The notes below the pieces were generated by a model. That model was given only the letters and a program-made list of their open reading frames with translations. It had not been told where the DNA came from and ran no database searches. From IMG/VR virus record IMGVR_UViG_3300042923_000619, positions 1 through 64,000 of that record: a stretch of DNA of 64,000 nucleotides; one strand, written 5' to 3'. Below, in pieces: positions 9,878 to 18,489 of the stretch. The DNA is from a virus. A program made the translations under genes and the position numbers. How positions within the stretch are numbered: position 1 is the stretch's first letter; each line of letters starts with the position of its first letter.

Positions 9878-10117
9878 ATGAGTAAATTAAATGCTAAATT
9901 AAGTTATAAAGACTGGTGCATTCTTAAACACGCACTACAATACAAAGTAGATGAAAAAGAATTCAATCTTAAAAGTGATGAATACTTATTTAAAAAGGGT
10001 TGTCAAGATTTTACCTTAGAAAGGGTTAATAAGACTAAAAAAGAGTTATCAGAAGAAAAAGCAACATTAGAAAGAATTACTGAAATTGTAGATAATTTTA
10101 AAGACTATATTAAATAA
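9878..10117 (+). CDS. Hypothetical protein
   Basis: ORF with GAGGTG RBS. Confidence 0.7.
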   Translation: MSKLNAKLSYKDWCILKHALQYKVDEKEFNLKSDEYLFKKGCQDFTLERVNKTKKELSEEKATLERITEIVDNFKDYIK

Positions 10118-10132
10118 AAGGAGTGAAATATA

Positions 10133-10336
10133 ATGAGTAAAATTAATAAATAAATAGTTATATTTGATAGAGAAATTTCAATTAATGATGATATTATTCT
10201 ATACATTAAACAAGATGTAAATAGACCTAATAACCCTACAGATGATGAGTTGATTCAAGAATATATTTATAATAATTATGGTCATTGTAATTATGAAGCT
10301 GAGGCATTAGATAGTTTAGAAGAAGAAATTATATAA
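10133..10336 (+). pseudogene. Small acidic ORF interrupted by an in-frame TAA at codon 7
   Basis: AAGGAG RBS, then ATG AGT AAA ATT AAT AAA TAA(10151-10153), then 60 more in-frame sense codons (IVIFDREIS...EEEII) to TAA 10336. Confidence 0.6.
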
Positions 10337-10350
10337 AGGAGATTGATAAC

Positions 10351-11540
10351 TTGAAAAAATTTCAAAATAAATGGGTTTGTGGTGCTATTCCAGCACTACT
10401 CATTCATTGTAGTATAGGTACAGTGTATTGTTGGTCTTTACTTAAAGGAAGTATAGCAACTTACATAGATAGAACAAATAGTGAAGTAGAATGGGCATTT
10501 AGTTTAGCAATATTCTTCTTAGGTATGTCAGCTTCATTTGGTGGTAGGTTTGTAGAAAAAGACATACATAAATCTTCATTATGGGCAACCATATTGTTTA
10601 CACTAGGAATGCTAGGAACAGGATTGTCTATATACTTTAAATCTTACATAGGAGTATTGATATTTTATGGAATATTTTGTGGCTGTGGATGTGGGATAGG
10701 TTATATCTCACCAGTAAAAACATTAATGTTATGGTTTAAAGAAAATAAAGGTTTAGCAACAGGAATTGCAGTTATGGGATTTGGTTTAGCTAAAGTTATA
10801 GCATCCCCATTAATGCAATATTTCAACAAGTAACAACTATTTATAATATGTTCTTTATCTTAGGTGTAATGTACTTTATATCAATGTTCATAGGACACTT
10901 ATTACTTAATAAACCTAAAGAATGGCAAGATAATGATACATATATTCCAATTAACAAATTATCAATTATTAAAAATAAAACCTTTTTAAGTATATGGATT
11001 ATGTTTTACATTAATATAACATGTGGATTAGCTTTAATTGCACAAGAAAAAGACATTTATACATATATGGGATTTGGTGCAATTGCATTGGCAAGTTCAT
11101 TATCAGCAGTATTTAATGCTAGTGGAAGATTGGTATTTTCTTCAATAGGTGATAAATTAAAAGATAGAAATACAATTTATAAAGTTATATTTGGATTATC
11201 TATTTTAGCTATAGGAATAACAATTTTAACAAATGGTATAAGCAATTCAATTATCTTATTAGTAATATGTTTACTTTGCATAGTTAATGCTGGATATGGT
11301 GGAGGATTCTCAAATCTACCTACATTACTATCAGATAAGTTCGGCATGAGTAACATAAGTACAATTCATGGACTCGCACTTTCAGCATGGGCTATAGCTG
11401 GATTATCAGGTAATCAACTAAGTGCTTATATAATATCAAAAACACATAATTATAATATTCTCTTAATAGTTTTATTAGGATTATATACAATAGCAATGGT
11501 TATAAGTTTGACTATAAAGCCAAATTGTAATAATAAATAA
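10351..11540 (+). pseudogene. OFA (oxalate:formate antiporter)-family MFS transporter, split by a 1-nt frameshift near 10820
   Basis: N-half HCSIGTVYCWS and GIGYISPVKTLMLWF...GLATGIAVMGFG; C-half FNASGRLVFSSIGDKL and YGGGFSNLPTLLSDKFG. Adding one T to TATTTCAA (10819-10826) joins the halves as MQYFQQVTTIYNMFF. Confidence 0.8.
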
Positions 11541-11566
11541 ATTAATAGAAGAAAGAGAGTGATTAA

Positions 11567-13864
11567 ATGCAAATAATTAAACGTGATGGAAGAAAAAAAG
11601 ATTTTGATATAGTTAGAATAAAAGAGGCTATTCATAAAGCTTATTTAGATGTATCAAATGAAGAAACTTTTCAAGATGAATATAACTTTTTAGAACCAAT
11701 GATAATAAAAGATATTGAAACCAAAAATAAAGAAGAATTTAAAATTGAAGATGTTCAAAATATAATAATTAATAAACTTAAGAAAATTAATGAAGATGTT
11801 GCAAACAGTTATCAAGATTATAGATATAAAAGGTCTATTGAAAGAGAGAAAAGCACTGATACATACAAAAAGATTCATAAAATAATACAATGTAATGATA
11901 TTTTAAATTCCAATGCTAATGTAGATGAACATTCTTTTGGAGGACGTAAATTTGAAAGTGCTGGAGTAGTAATGAAAAATTTTGCCTTATATTCAATTAT
12001 GAAACCTGAATTTACAAAAGCACATTTAGCTAATTTAATATATCAACATGACCTAGATAGTTATGCTGTAGGATTGCACAATTGTTCTTTTGTAGATGCA
12101 AAAAAATTAGTAAATGAAACTGGATTTGAAACAAGAAATGGAGATGTAAGACATTCAAATAGTTTATCTACTGCATTTCAACAAATTGCTGTAATATTCC
12201 AAATTCAATCCCAAGAACAATTTGGTGGAACTGCTAGTGGTCATATAGACTATGATTTAGAACCACAAGTAAACATAGCTTTTAGAAAACATTTTGCAGA
12301 TGCATTATATTATTTTAGTGATAAATTTGATAATGATACAGATGAATTTTCACAAGATTATTTTCAAGCTAAAATATCTGAAGGAGTAGATTATAAATTA
12401 TTAGAAGAAGAAATTGATATCGAAAATATAGATGATCTATACAAGAAATATCCTAAAGAAATGAAAATGACTATGAGAGAACTTGAAAAAGAAGGCAGTC
12501 AAGCTGGGCAAGGTTTATATCATAATTTAAATACATTGGAATCTCGCCCAGGGTCGCAAGTTCCTTTTACATCAATTAACTTTGGTAGAAGAACTACAGT
12601 TGCAGGAAGATTAATTTGTAAGTGGTTACTAAATGCTAGTTTAGAAGGTATAGGTAAATTCCATAGAACTTCAATTTTCCCAATTAGTATATTCCAATAT
12701 AAAAAAGGTATTAATGCACATAAAGGAGACCCAAACTATGATGAAAAACTAAAAGTAATTGATAGTTTATGTCATAGAATATATCCAAACATAGTAAATG
12801 GTGATTGGTCACAAAATATAGATGACCCAAATAATCCAGATACATTTATGATGACCATGGGATGTCGCACACTTATAGGATTTGATAGAAATGGTATGGG
12901 ATATATAAAGATAGGTCGAGGAAATGTAGCACCAGCTACAATAAATTTAATTAAACTTGGTATTAAACATGGTATTTGTTTAGGTAAAAGACAAAAAGCA
13001 GACTTAAAAGGATTTTGGAAAGAATATGACAAAGTAATTGACCTTTGTGCAGAATCACTTAAATTCAGATTTGATTATATTTGTTCTCAATCTTCAAGTT
13101 CAGCTCCATTCATGTATAAAAACAAATCAATGAGAGGTGGAGAATTTGAAAGAGATGATTGTGTATATGAAGTAATGAAACATAGTACATTAGCAATGGG
13201 ATATATAGGTGTAGCTGAAATGTGTCAAGCTTTATTTGGACAAGACCATGCTGATGGAAATGAAATAGTATATAACTTTGCATTAGAGGTTGTAAAACAT
13301 CTTTATGATAAAGCTAAAGAGTATAGTGATAAATATAATTTGAATTTTGGATGCTATGCAAGTCCAGCAGAATCAACTTGTGGAACAGTAATTACAGGTA
13401 ATAGAGATATCAAAGGATTAAGAGAAGAATATGGAATTATTTCAAACGTGACTGACCGTGATTGGGCAACAAATTCTCACCACGTACCAGTATGGAAAAA
13501 GGTTGATATATTTACTAAGCTACAATTAGAAGCACCTTTCACTAAATATGCTACTTCAGGATGTATTACATATATAGAATTAGATAGTGGAATAATGAAA
13601 AATCCTAAAGCTATTGAAGAATTAATTGATTATGCTATGGATTTAGATATACCTTATTTAGCTTTTAACTTTCCAATAGATACTTGTTTAGATTGTGGTT
13701 ATCAATCAGAATTTAATAACAATTGTACGATGTGTGGAAGTGACCATATAGAACAATTAAGAAGAGTTACTGGATACTTAACTACAGATTATAGAAAGTT
13801 TAATCATGCTAAACAAGAAGAAGTGCAATCAAGATTTAAACATAGTACAATGACAAAATTTTAA
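11567..13864 (+). CDS. nrdD: Anaerobic (class III) ribonucleoside-triphosphate reductase
   Basis: N-terminal ATP cone (IIKRDGRKKDFD), HNC and TMGCRT cysteines, YASPAES, zinc site CLDCG...CTMCG, glycyl-radical RRVTGYL. Confidence 0.95.
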   Translation: MQIIKRDGRKKDFDIVRIKEAIHKAYLDVSNEETFQDEYNFLEPMIIKDIETKNKEEFKIEDVQNIIINKLKKINEDVANSYQDYRYKRSIEREKSTDTYKKIHKIIQCNDILNSNANVDEHSFGGRKFESAGVVMKNFALYSIMKPEFTKAHLANLIYQHDLDSYAVGLHNCSFVDAKKLVNETGFETRNGDVRHSNSLSTAFQQIAVIFQIQSQEQFGGTASGHIDYDLEPQVNIAFRKHFADALYYFSDKFDNDTDEFSQDYFQAKISEGVDYKLLEEEIDIENIDDLYKKYPKEMKMTMRELEKEGSQAGQGLYHNLNTLESRPGSQVPFTSINFGRRTTVAGRLICKWLLNASLEGIGKFHRTSIFPISIFQYKKGINAHKGDPNYDEKLKVIDSLCHRIYPNIVNGDWSQNIDDPNNPDTFMMTMGCRTLIGFDRNGMGYIKIGRGNVAPATINLIKLGIKHGICLGKRQKADLKGFWKEYDKVIDLCAESLKFRFDYICSQSSSSAPFMYKNKSMRGGEFERDDCVYEVMKHSTLAMGYIGVAEMCQALFGQDHADGNEIVYNFALEVVKHLYDKAKEYSDKYNLNFGCYASPAESTCGTVITGNRDIKGLREEYGIISNVTDRDWATNSHHVPVWKKVDIFTKLQLEAPFTKYATSGCITYIELDSGIMKNPKAIEELIDYAMDLDIPYLAFNFPIDTCLDCGYQSEFNNNCTMCGSDHIEQLRRVTGYLTTDYRKFNHAKQEEVQSRFKHSTMTKF

Positions 13865-13868
13865 TATT

Positions 13869-13888
13869 AGGGAGATTAATTTCTCCCT
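13869..13888. terminator. Perfect palindrome or hairpin between nrdD and nrdG
   Basis: AGGGAGA-TTAATT-TCTCCCT. Confidence 0.45.
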
Positions 13889-13899
13889 TTAAAGAGAAG

Positions 13900-14406
13900 G
13901 TGAATATTATAGTAAATACAATTAGATTAATAGGTTATAATTCTTGTTCTTTAGCAGATGGTGAAGGCATAAGAGAGGTTGCATATTTATCACAATGTAC
14001 ACATAAATGTTTTGGTTGTCAAAATGAAAAATACTGGAATGATAAAGGAGACGAATATCCAATAGATGAGGTGGTTGATAGACTGACTAAAAATCCAATT
14101 ACTAATATTACGATATCTGGTGGCGATGGTTTAACAGTTCAATATGAAAATACATTAAAATTATTGAAAAGATTAAAGAAAAAAAGTAATAAAAACATAT
14201 GGTTGTATACTGGATATACGTGGCAACAACTTATTAATAGTAATAAAAAAGAAGTATTAAATTACATAGATGTGTTAGTAGATGGGAAATTTGAGATTGA
14301 TAAAAGAGATATAACATTGAAATTTAAAGGGTCAAGCAATCAAAAGACAATAGATGTTCAAAAAAGTTTAGAAGAAAATAAAATAATAGAGTATAAGTGC
14401 CTTTAA
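13900..14406 (+). CDS. nrdG: Anaerobic RNR activating enzyme (radical SAM)
   Basis: DGEGIR...CTHKCFGCQN, ITISGGD, YTGY, LVDGKF and GSSNQ motifs; follows nrdD. Confidence 0.93.
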   Translation: MNIIVNTIRLIGYNSCSLADGEGIREVAYLSQCTHKCFGCQNEKYWNDKGDEYPIDEVVDRLTKNPITNITISGGDGLTVQYENTLKLLKRLKKKSNKNIWLYTGYTWQQLINSNKKEVLNYIDVLVDGKFEIDKRDITLKFKGSSNQKTIDVQKSLEENKIIEYKCL

Positions 14407-14443
14407 ATCAGATAATTTATTTGAAGTGAAAGGAGAATAGTTA

Positions 14444-14623
14444 ATGTATTATGAATTTTTTAAAGATTTCATAAAAGATAATTATGAATTTAGGAAAGGA
14501 GAAAAATATCCTATATATAGTAGCCCTAAGAGTTTTATAATATTAAAACCATTAGATACAGGAAAACAAGTATTTTGCTTTCTTCGTAAAGAACTTGAAA
14601 AGAGTGCAAAAAGGATAAATTAA
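14444..14623 (+). CDS. Hypothetical protein (59 aa)
   Basis: Read by hand as MYYEFFKDF...KSAKRIN; AAGGAG RBS. Confidence 0.6.
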   Translation: MYYEFFKDFIKDNYEFRKGEKYPIYSSPKSFIILKPLDTGKQVFCFLRKELEKSAKRIN

Positions 14624-14688
14624 AAACCTGTTAAATACTACATTTTACGACAATATTAATAAAATTATAAAAGAAAGAAGGAAATAAT

Positions 14689-14973
14689 ATGTCAAAAAAT
14701 TTATACGATTTAATACAAGACGAAAAGCATATAGTTTCATCTGATTTAGCTTGTATGGAAATGTGTTTACAAACAATGATAAAGCTAGGTGGTATAACTA
14801 ATAAACAAAGAATTGAGTTTTTAAAAAGTGTACAAAAAGGAGAACTATTTAATACAGTTTTAGAAAAATTTAATAACTTAGAAGTTAAAAATATTAGAAA
14901 AGAGAAAATAATAAAAACTATTATTGCCATAGTAAGTTTAGTAGTTGGCTATGGAATAAGCAAATTTATGTAA
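14689..14973 (+). CDS. Hypothetical protein with C-terminal TM helix; paralog of 24725..24925
   Basis: LACMEMCLQTMIKLGGITNKQRIEFLKS aligns with IACIEISLQTFVKLGKISDKQRISFLKS. Confidence 0.75.
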   Translation: MSKNLYDLIQDEKHIVSSDLACMEMCLQTMIKLGGITNKQRIEFLKSVQKGELFNTVLEKFNNLEVKNIRKEKIIKTIIAIVSLVVGYGISKFM

Positions 14974-15068
14974 AAGACAACTAAACCGACACAGTTATTC
15001 ATAAGTGCAGTTGTTAAGATGAATAAATAAATTAAAATATAAAATATTGAAGGAGAGATTTATGACTG

Positions 15069-16370
15069 ATGGATTATAATAAAGATGATTTAATAAAGGC
15101 ACGACAAAATCTCTATAAACTTAAAAATCAAGAAATACACTATAGATATAAACAGAATAAAGATGGTAGTTGGGATAAAGATATAAAAAATAATAAATTA
15201 GAAGGAGAGAAAGAAATGATAACAATAAAAGGAATTAATAAAAACAATGAATTGGAGTATGAATTAATAGGGGGTAAATTACAATATAGTAATCAATTAA
15301 TAATTACAGATACTACAAATAACGAAATGATATATGATAAAACAATTACTACTTTTGAAACAACTCATAAAATACCAAATGATGTATTAGAAAATGGGAA
15401 GACTTATAAATTACTATTATTAGCTTTAGATGAGGATGATAATTTTATAGGAGAAGCTGAATATTATTATATCCCAACTAGTTTGAAACCTGTTATGAAA
15501 TTACGAACTGAAAAAGATAATGGTGGTATTAAAATTATTACATATGTAAAGCAAATATTAGAAAGAGTAGAAAATGGAGAAGATATTACATATGAAGATG
15601 GTACTTGGAAAGATGTAAATAAATCAACAATTGGAATGAATATAAATGGATTAGAAGAAAAATTAGTTATAAAAGATTGGACACCGACTATACCTCCAAA
15701 AGAAAATGATATTATGACTTATCAAAATATTCGATATATATTTAAAAATGGAGAATATATACCTATAGATATTATTACTGATAATGATTTATATTTTGCT
15801 AAAGTTGAATCTAATGCAATCATTCCATCTAAAAGAGAAGAAGATGCTGGTTATGACATTTATACTTGTGAAACTGAAACTATATTTATTCCACCATGTA
15901 GCACAAGAATGATTGATACTGGGATTGCAATAGCCTGTAGCAAAAACTATTTTCCTAAATTTTTTGATAAAGGTGGAATGGGAAGTAAAGGAATTATAGT
16001 TGGAGCAGGAGTTGGAGATAGTGGTTATAGAGATAAGTATTTTATTCCTTTGGTAAATACAAATGAAGATAAATATGTAGTCATTACAAATCAATCACAA
16101 GAAGAAATTGATAAATCTAATTATTTTGATTTGAATGACAAGATGTTTAAAAAATCAGTTTGTATTGATAATTATTTAGAAGAAAAATTAAAAAGACCTT
16201 TAGATGTTATATTTAAAGAAGATTGTATTATTAAACCATTAAATAAAGCTATTACACAGTTTGTAATGTTACCAGTTCCTAAAATGAATGTAAAAGAAAT
16301 TACATATGAAGAACTTAAAAATATCAAATCCGAACGTGGATTAGGTAAATTAGGAAGTTCAAATAAATAA
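15069..16370 (+). CDS. dut: Trimeric dUTPase with an N-terminal extension of about 240 aa
   Basis: C-terminal motifs AGYDIY, GVGDSGYR, AITQFVM and RGLGKLGSS. The extension contains a beta-sandwich segment similar to part of tail protein 51251..53905. Confidence 0.85.
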   Translation: MDYNKDDLIKARQNLYKLKNQEIHYRYKQNKDGSWDKDIKNNKLEGEKEMITIKGINKNNELEYELIGGKLQYSNQLIITDTTNNEMIYDKTITTFETTHKIPNDVLENGKTYKLLLLALDEDDNFIGEAEYYYIPTSLKPVMKLRTEKDNGGIKIITYVKQILERVENGEDITYEDGTWKDVNKSTIGMNINGLEEKLVIKDWTPTIPPKENDIMTYQNIRYIFKNGEYIPIDIITDNDLYFAKVESNAIIPSKREEDAGYDIYTCETETIFIPPCSTRMIDTGIAIACSKNYFPKFFDKGGMGSKGIIVGAGVGDSGYRDKYFIPLVNTNEDKYVVITNQSQEEIDKSNYFDLNDKMFKKSVCIDNYLEEKLKRPLDVIFKEDCIIKPLNKAITQFVMLPVPKMNVKEITYEELKNIKSERGLGKLGSSNK

Positions 16371-16388
16371 TGAAGGAGAATAAATAAT

Positions 16389-16610
16389 ATGAATGAATTA
16401 AAATTTACATATAAGAACTGGAAAGATGAAGTATCAATAAGAACAATAAATATAAACTCAATTAATATTTATTATGGAGAAGTTGAATGGCATAAAGGTG
16501 AACAATGGTTAATGAAAGCTTACGACGTTCGAAAGCAAGATTTTAGGATATTTGCAATTAGAGATATTCTTAGCAATAAGGAAGGCGTACTTGCAACAAT
16601 ATTCCAATAA
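16389..16610 (+). CDS. Stand-alone WYL-domain protein
   Basis: FTYKNWKDEVSIRTI...QWLMKAYDVRKQDFRIFAIRDI matches the WYL pattern (F.Y...R...W.L.A.D...R.F...I). Confidence 0.7.
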   Translation: MNELKFTYKNWKDEVSIRTININSINIYYGEVEWHKGEQWLMKAYDVRKQDFRIFAIRDILSNKEGVLATIFQ

Positions 16611-16669
16611 ACTCATACTTTTAAAAGAATAGAAATAAATTAATTAAATGTAGAAGGAAGGAATATAAA

Positions 16670-17065
16670 TTGAAAGATAAAATATTAAAATGGTTAATAT
16701 GTATCTTATACGTAGGAGTAATGTACGCTGGTGGAAAAATGATTACACTATTATACATAATATTAACTTATATATTGATAGGTTCACTTGTTTACTTATC
16801 TTCAAGATATTTTGTGAATAAAGAATTATCTCATTTCACACAAATATTATTTTGGACATTAGGTTTTATATTTTCTCCAGTTATCAAAACTATTATGTAT
16901 ATTGACTTTTATAATGGCATGAATAGATTTGATAAAGTTATTTCTAAAACATTAAAGAGTAATGATGTGTCTAAAGAAGATGTTGCTGAATGGATAAATA
17001 AAGGTAACTATACAGACGAGGAAAGAAAAAAGCTACTTGAATATAATGATAATCTTTATAAATAA
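16670..17065 (+). CDS. Membrane protein
   Basis: Three hydrophobic segments in the N-terminal half. Confidence 0.7.
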   Translation: MKDKILKWLICILYVGVMYAGGKMITLLYIILTYILIGSLVYLSSRYFVNKELSHFTQILFWTLGFIFSPVIKTIMYIDFYNGMNRFDKVISKTLKSNDVSKEDVAEWINKGNYTDEERKKLLEYNDNLYK

Positions 17066-17073
17066 TTAATGTC

Positions 17074-17101
17074 AGGCAGAATGTAAAAGTTCTGTCTTTT
17101 C
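17074..17101 (+). terminator. Intrinsic terminator
   Basis: AGGCAGAA / TTCTGTCT stem followed by a T-run. Confidence 0.65.
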
Positions 17102-17205
17102 TTATATGTAAATAAATTAATTAATAATGCTTGCATAATTTTTCTAAAGATGCTATTATTAACGAGTAACAACAAATTAATTAATAACGAAGGAGATGTT
17201 AAACA

Positions 17206-18489
17206 ATGGGAAGTCAAATATTTGCAGATAGTAAATTGCAATATTACCCTACATCAGAAATAGAAACTACTAAAATATTATCTGTGTTATGTAGTAGTGT
17301 AACTTATAAGAAAGGATATCAAGAAGAATATGACAAGATTGAAACATTATTAAAGAACAAATACTTTGACAATAAAGATAATATTGACTGTAGATTAACT
17401 CAGTACATAGCAAACTATATGTGTAATAATCCAAAAACATATGATTTTATGAATTGTACATATTTAGAAAATAGAGTTGTTGCTGATTTATTTGCTGGAA
17501 AAGGTGAATGGCTAAAGATATTTAAGACAATGTGTGAAAAGCAAAATATATTAATAGGAAATGAATTAGAAGAAAATAGATATAATGATATGGTTTCAGA
17601 TAATTTAATAGATTACCACTATAATTTACCTTTTGAAGAATTACAATTGCCAAAGAAAATAATAGATATAATGTTATTTAATCCTCCATATGGACAAACC
17701 AATGGAGAAAGAAATGTTAGAAGATACTTAAGAATGATATTAGAAAGAGATATTTTAAATTTTAAATCAGTAGTTGTATTTGTAGTAAAAACTGATGATT
17801 TACTAAATGTGGCTGATTTAATAACTCAAAACTTTAAATCATTGCTAGGATATAAAACACATGAAGAAGAATTTCAAAAGTTTGGACAAGTTGTGTTATT
17901 TGCTGAATTAAGAGATGAAGTCTTAAATTTAGATAAATCATCAGACGTAGCAAAATACAAAGAAGAATTGGAGCAGAATATAGCTTATATAAATTATATT
18001 AGTAATGAATATTTTAATCCATCTTATGTGGGAAAGAAATGTTATTGTACTAATAAAAATACCGATTATGAAAAAGCATTTGATAACTTTGAGTTTATTC
18101 AAAACAATAGCATTAAATATTCTAAAATGGATAAGGCTTGGAAATGGTTAATTGATGATACAAAAATAATTGATTTATCAGAAGAACAAATGTATATTCC
18201 TAAACCTTTAAAATCTGGAGAATTAGCAAACGTAATAGCTAGTGGTAAAATTAATGGTGAATTAGAGTTAGAAAATGGATTGGCACGACATATAGCAGTA
18301 GGTGGAGTAAAACAATTGACTTCACAACAAAAAGTTAAATCAACCAATCGACAAGGAGAAACAGAGTCTAAACTAGAAACCACTATACAAAACTTACCTT
18401 ATTTGAATTTGTTAATAAATAATAATGGATTTTTAGAAATAAAAGAACTAACTAATAATTCAAAAGAAATAGAGGAGGAAACTGAATAA
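17206..18489 (+). CDS. N6-adenine/N4-cytosine DNA methyltransferase-like protein (DUF6094-like)
   Basis: N-terminal YYPT, SAM-binding DLFAGKGE, catalytic FNPPY. Confidence 0.7.
   Translation: MGSQIFADSKLQYYPTSEIETTKILSVLCSSVTYKKGYQEEYDKIETLLKNKYFDNKDNIDCRLTQYIANYMCNNPKTYDFMNCTYLENRVVADLFAGKGEWLKIFKTMCEKQNILIGNELEENRYNDMVSDNLIDYHYNLPFEELQLPKKIIDIMLFNPPYGQTNGERNVRRYLRMILERDILNFKSVVVFVVKTDDLLNVADLITQNFKSLLGYKTHEEEFQKFGQVVLFAELRDEVLNLDKSSDVAKYKEELEQNIAYINYISNEYFNPSYVGKKCYCTNKNTDYEKAFDNFEFIQNNSIKYSKMDKAWKWLIDDTKIIDLSEEQMYIPKPLKSGELANVIASGKINGELELENGLARHIAVGGVKQLTSQQKVKSTNRQGETESKLETTIQNLPYLNLLINNNGFLEIKELTNNSKEIEEETE

Noticed and set aside
10351-11540. Two separate membrane proteins at 10351..10833 and 10848..11540
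   Set aside because: They are the N- and C-halves of one MFS transporter, joined by restoring a single T.
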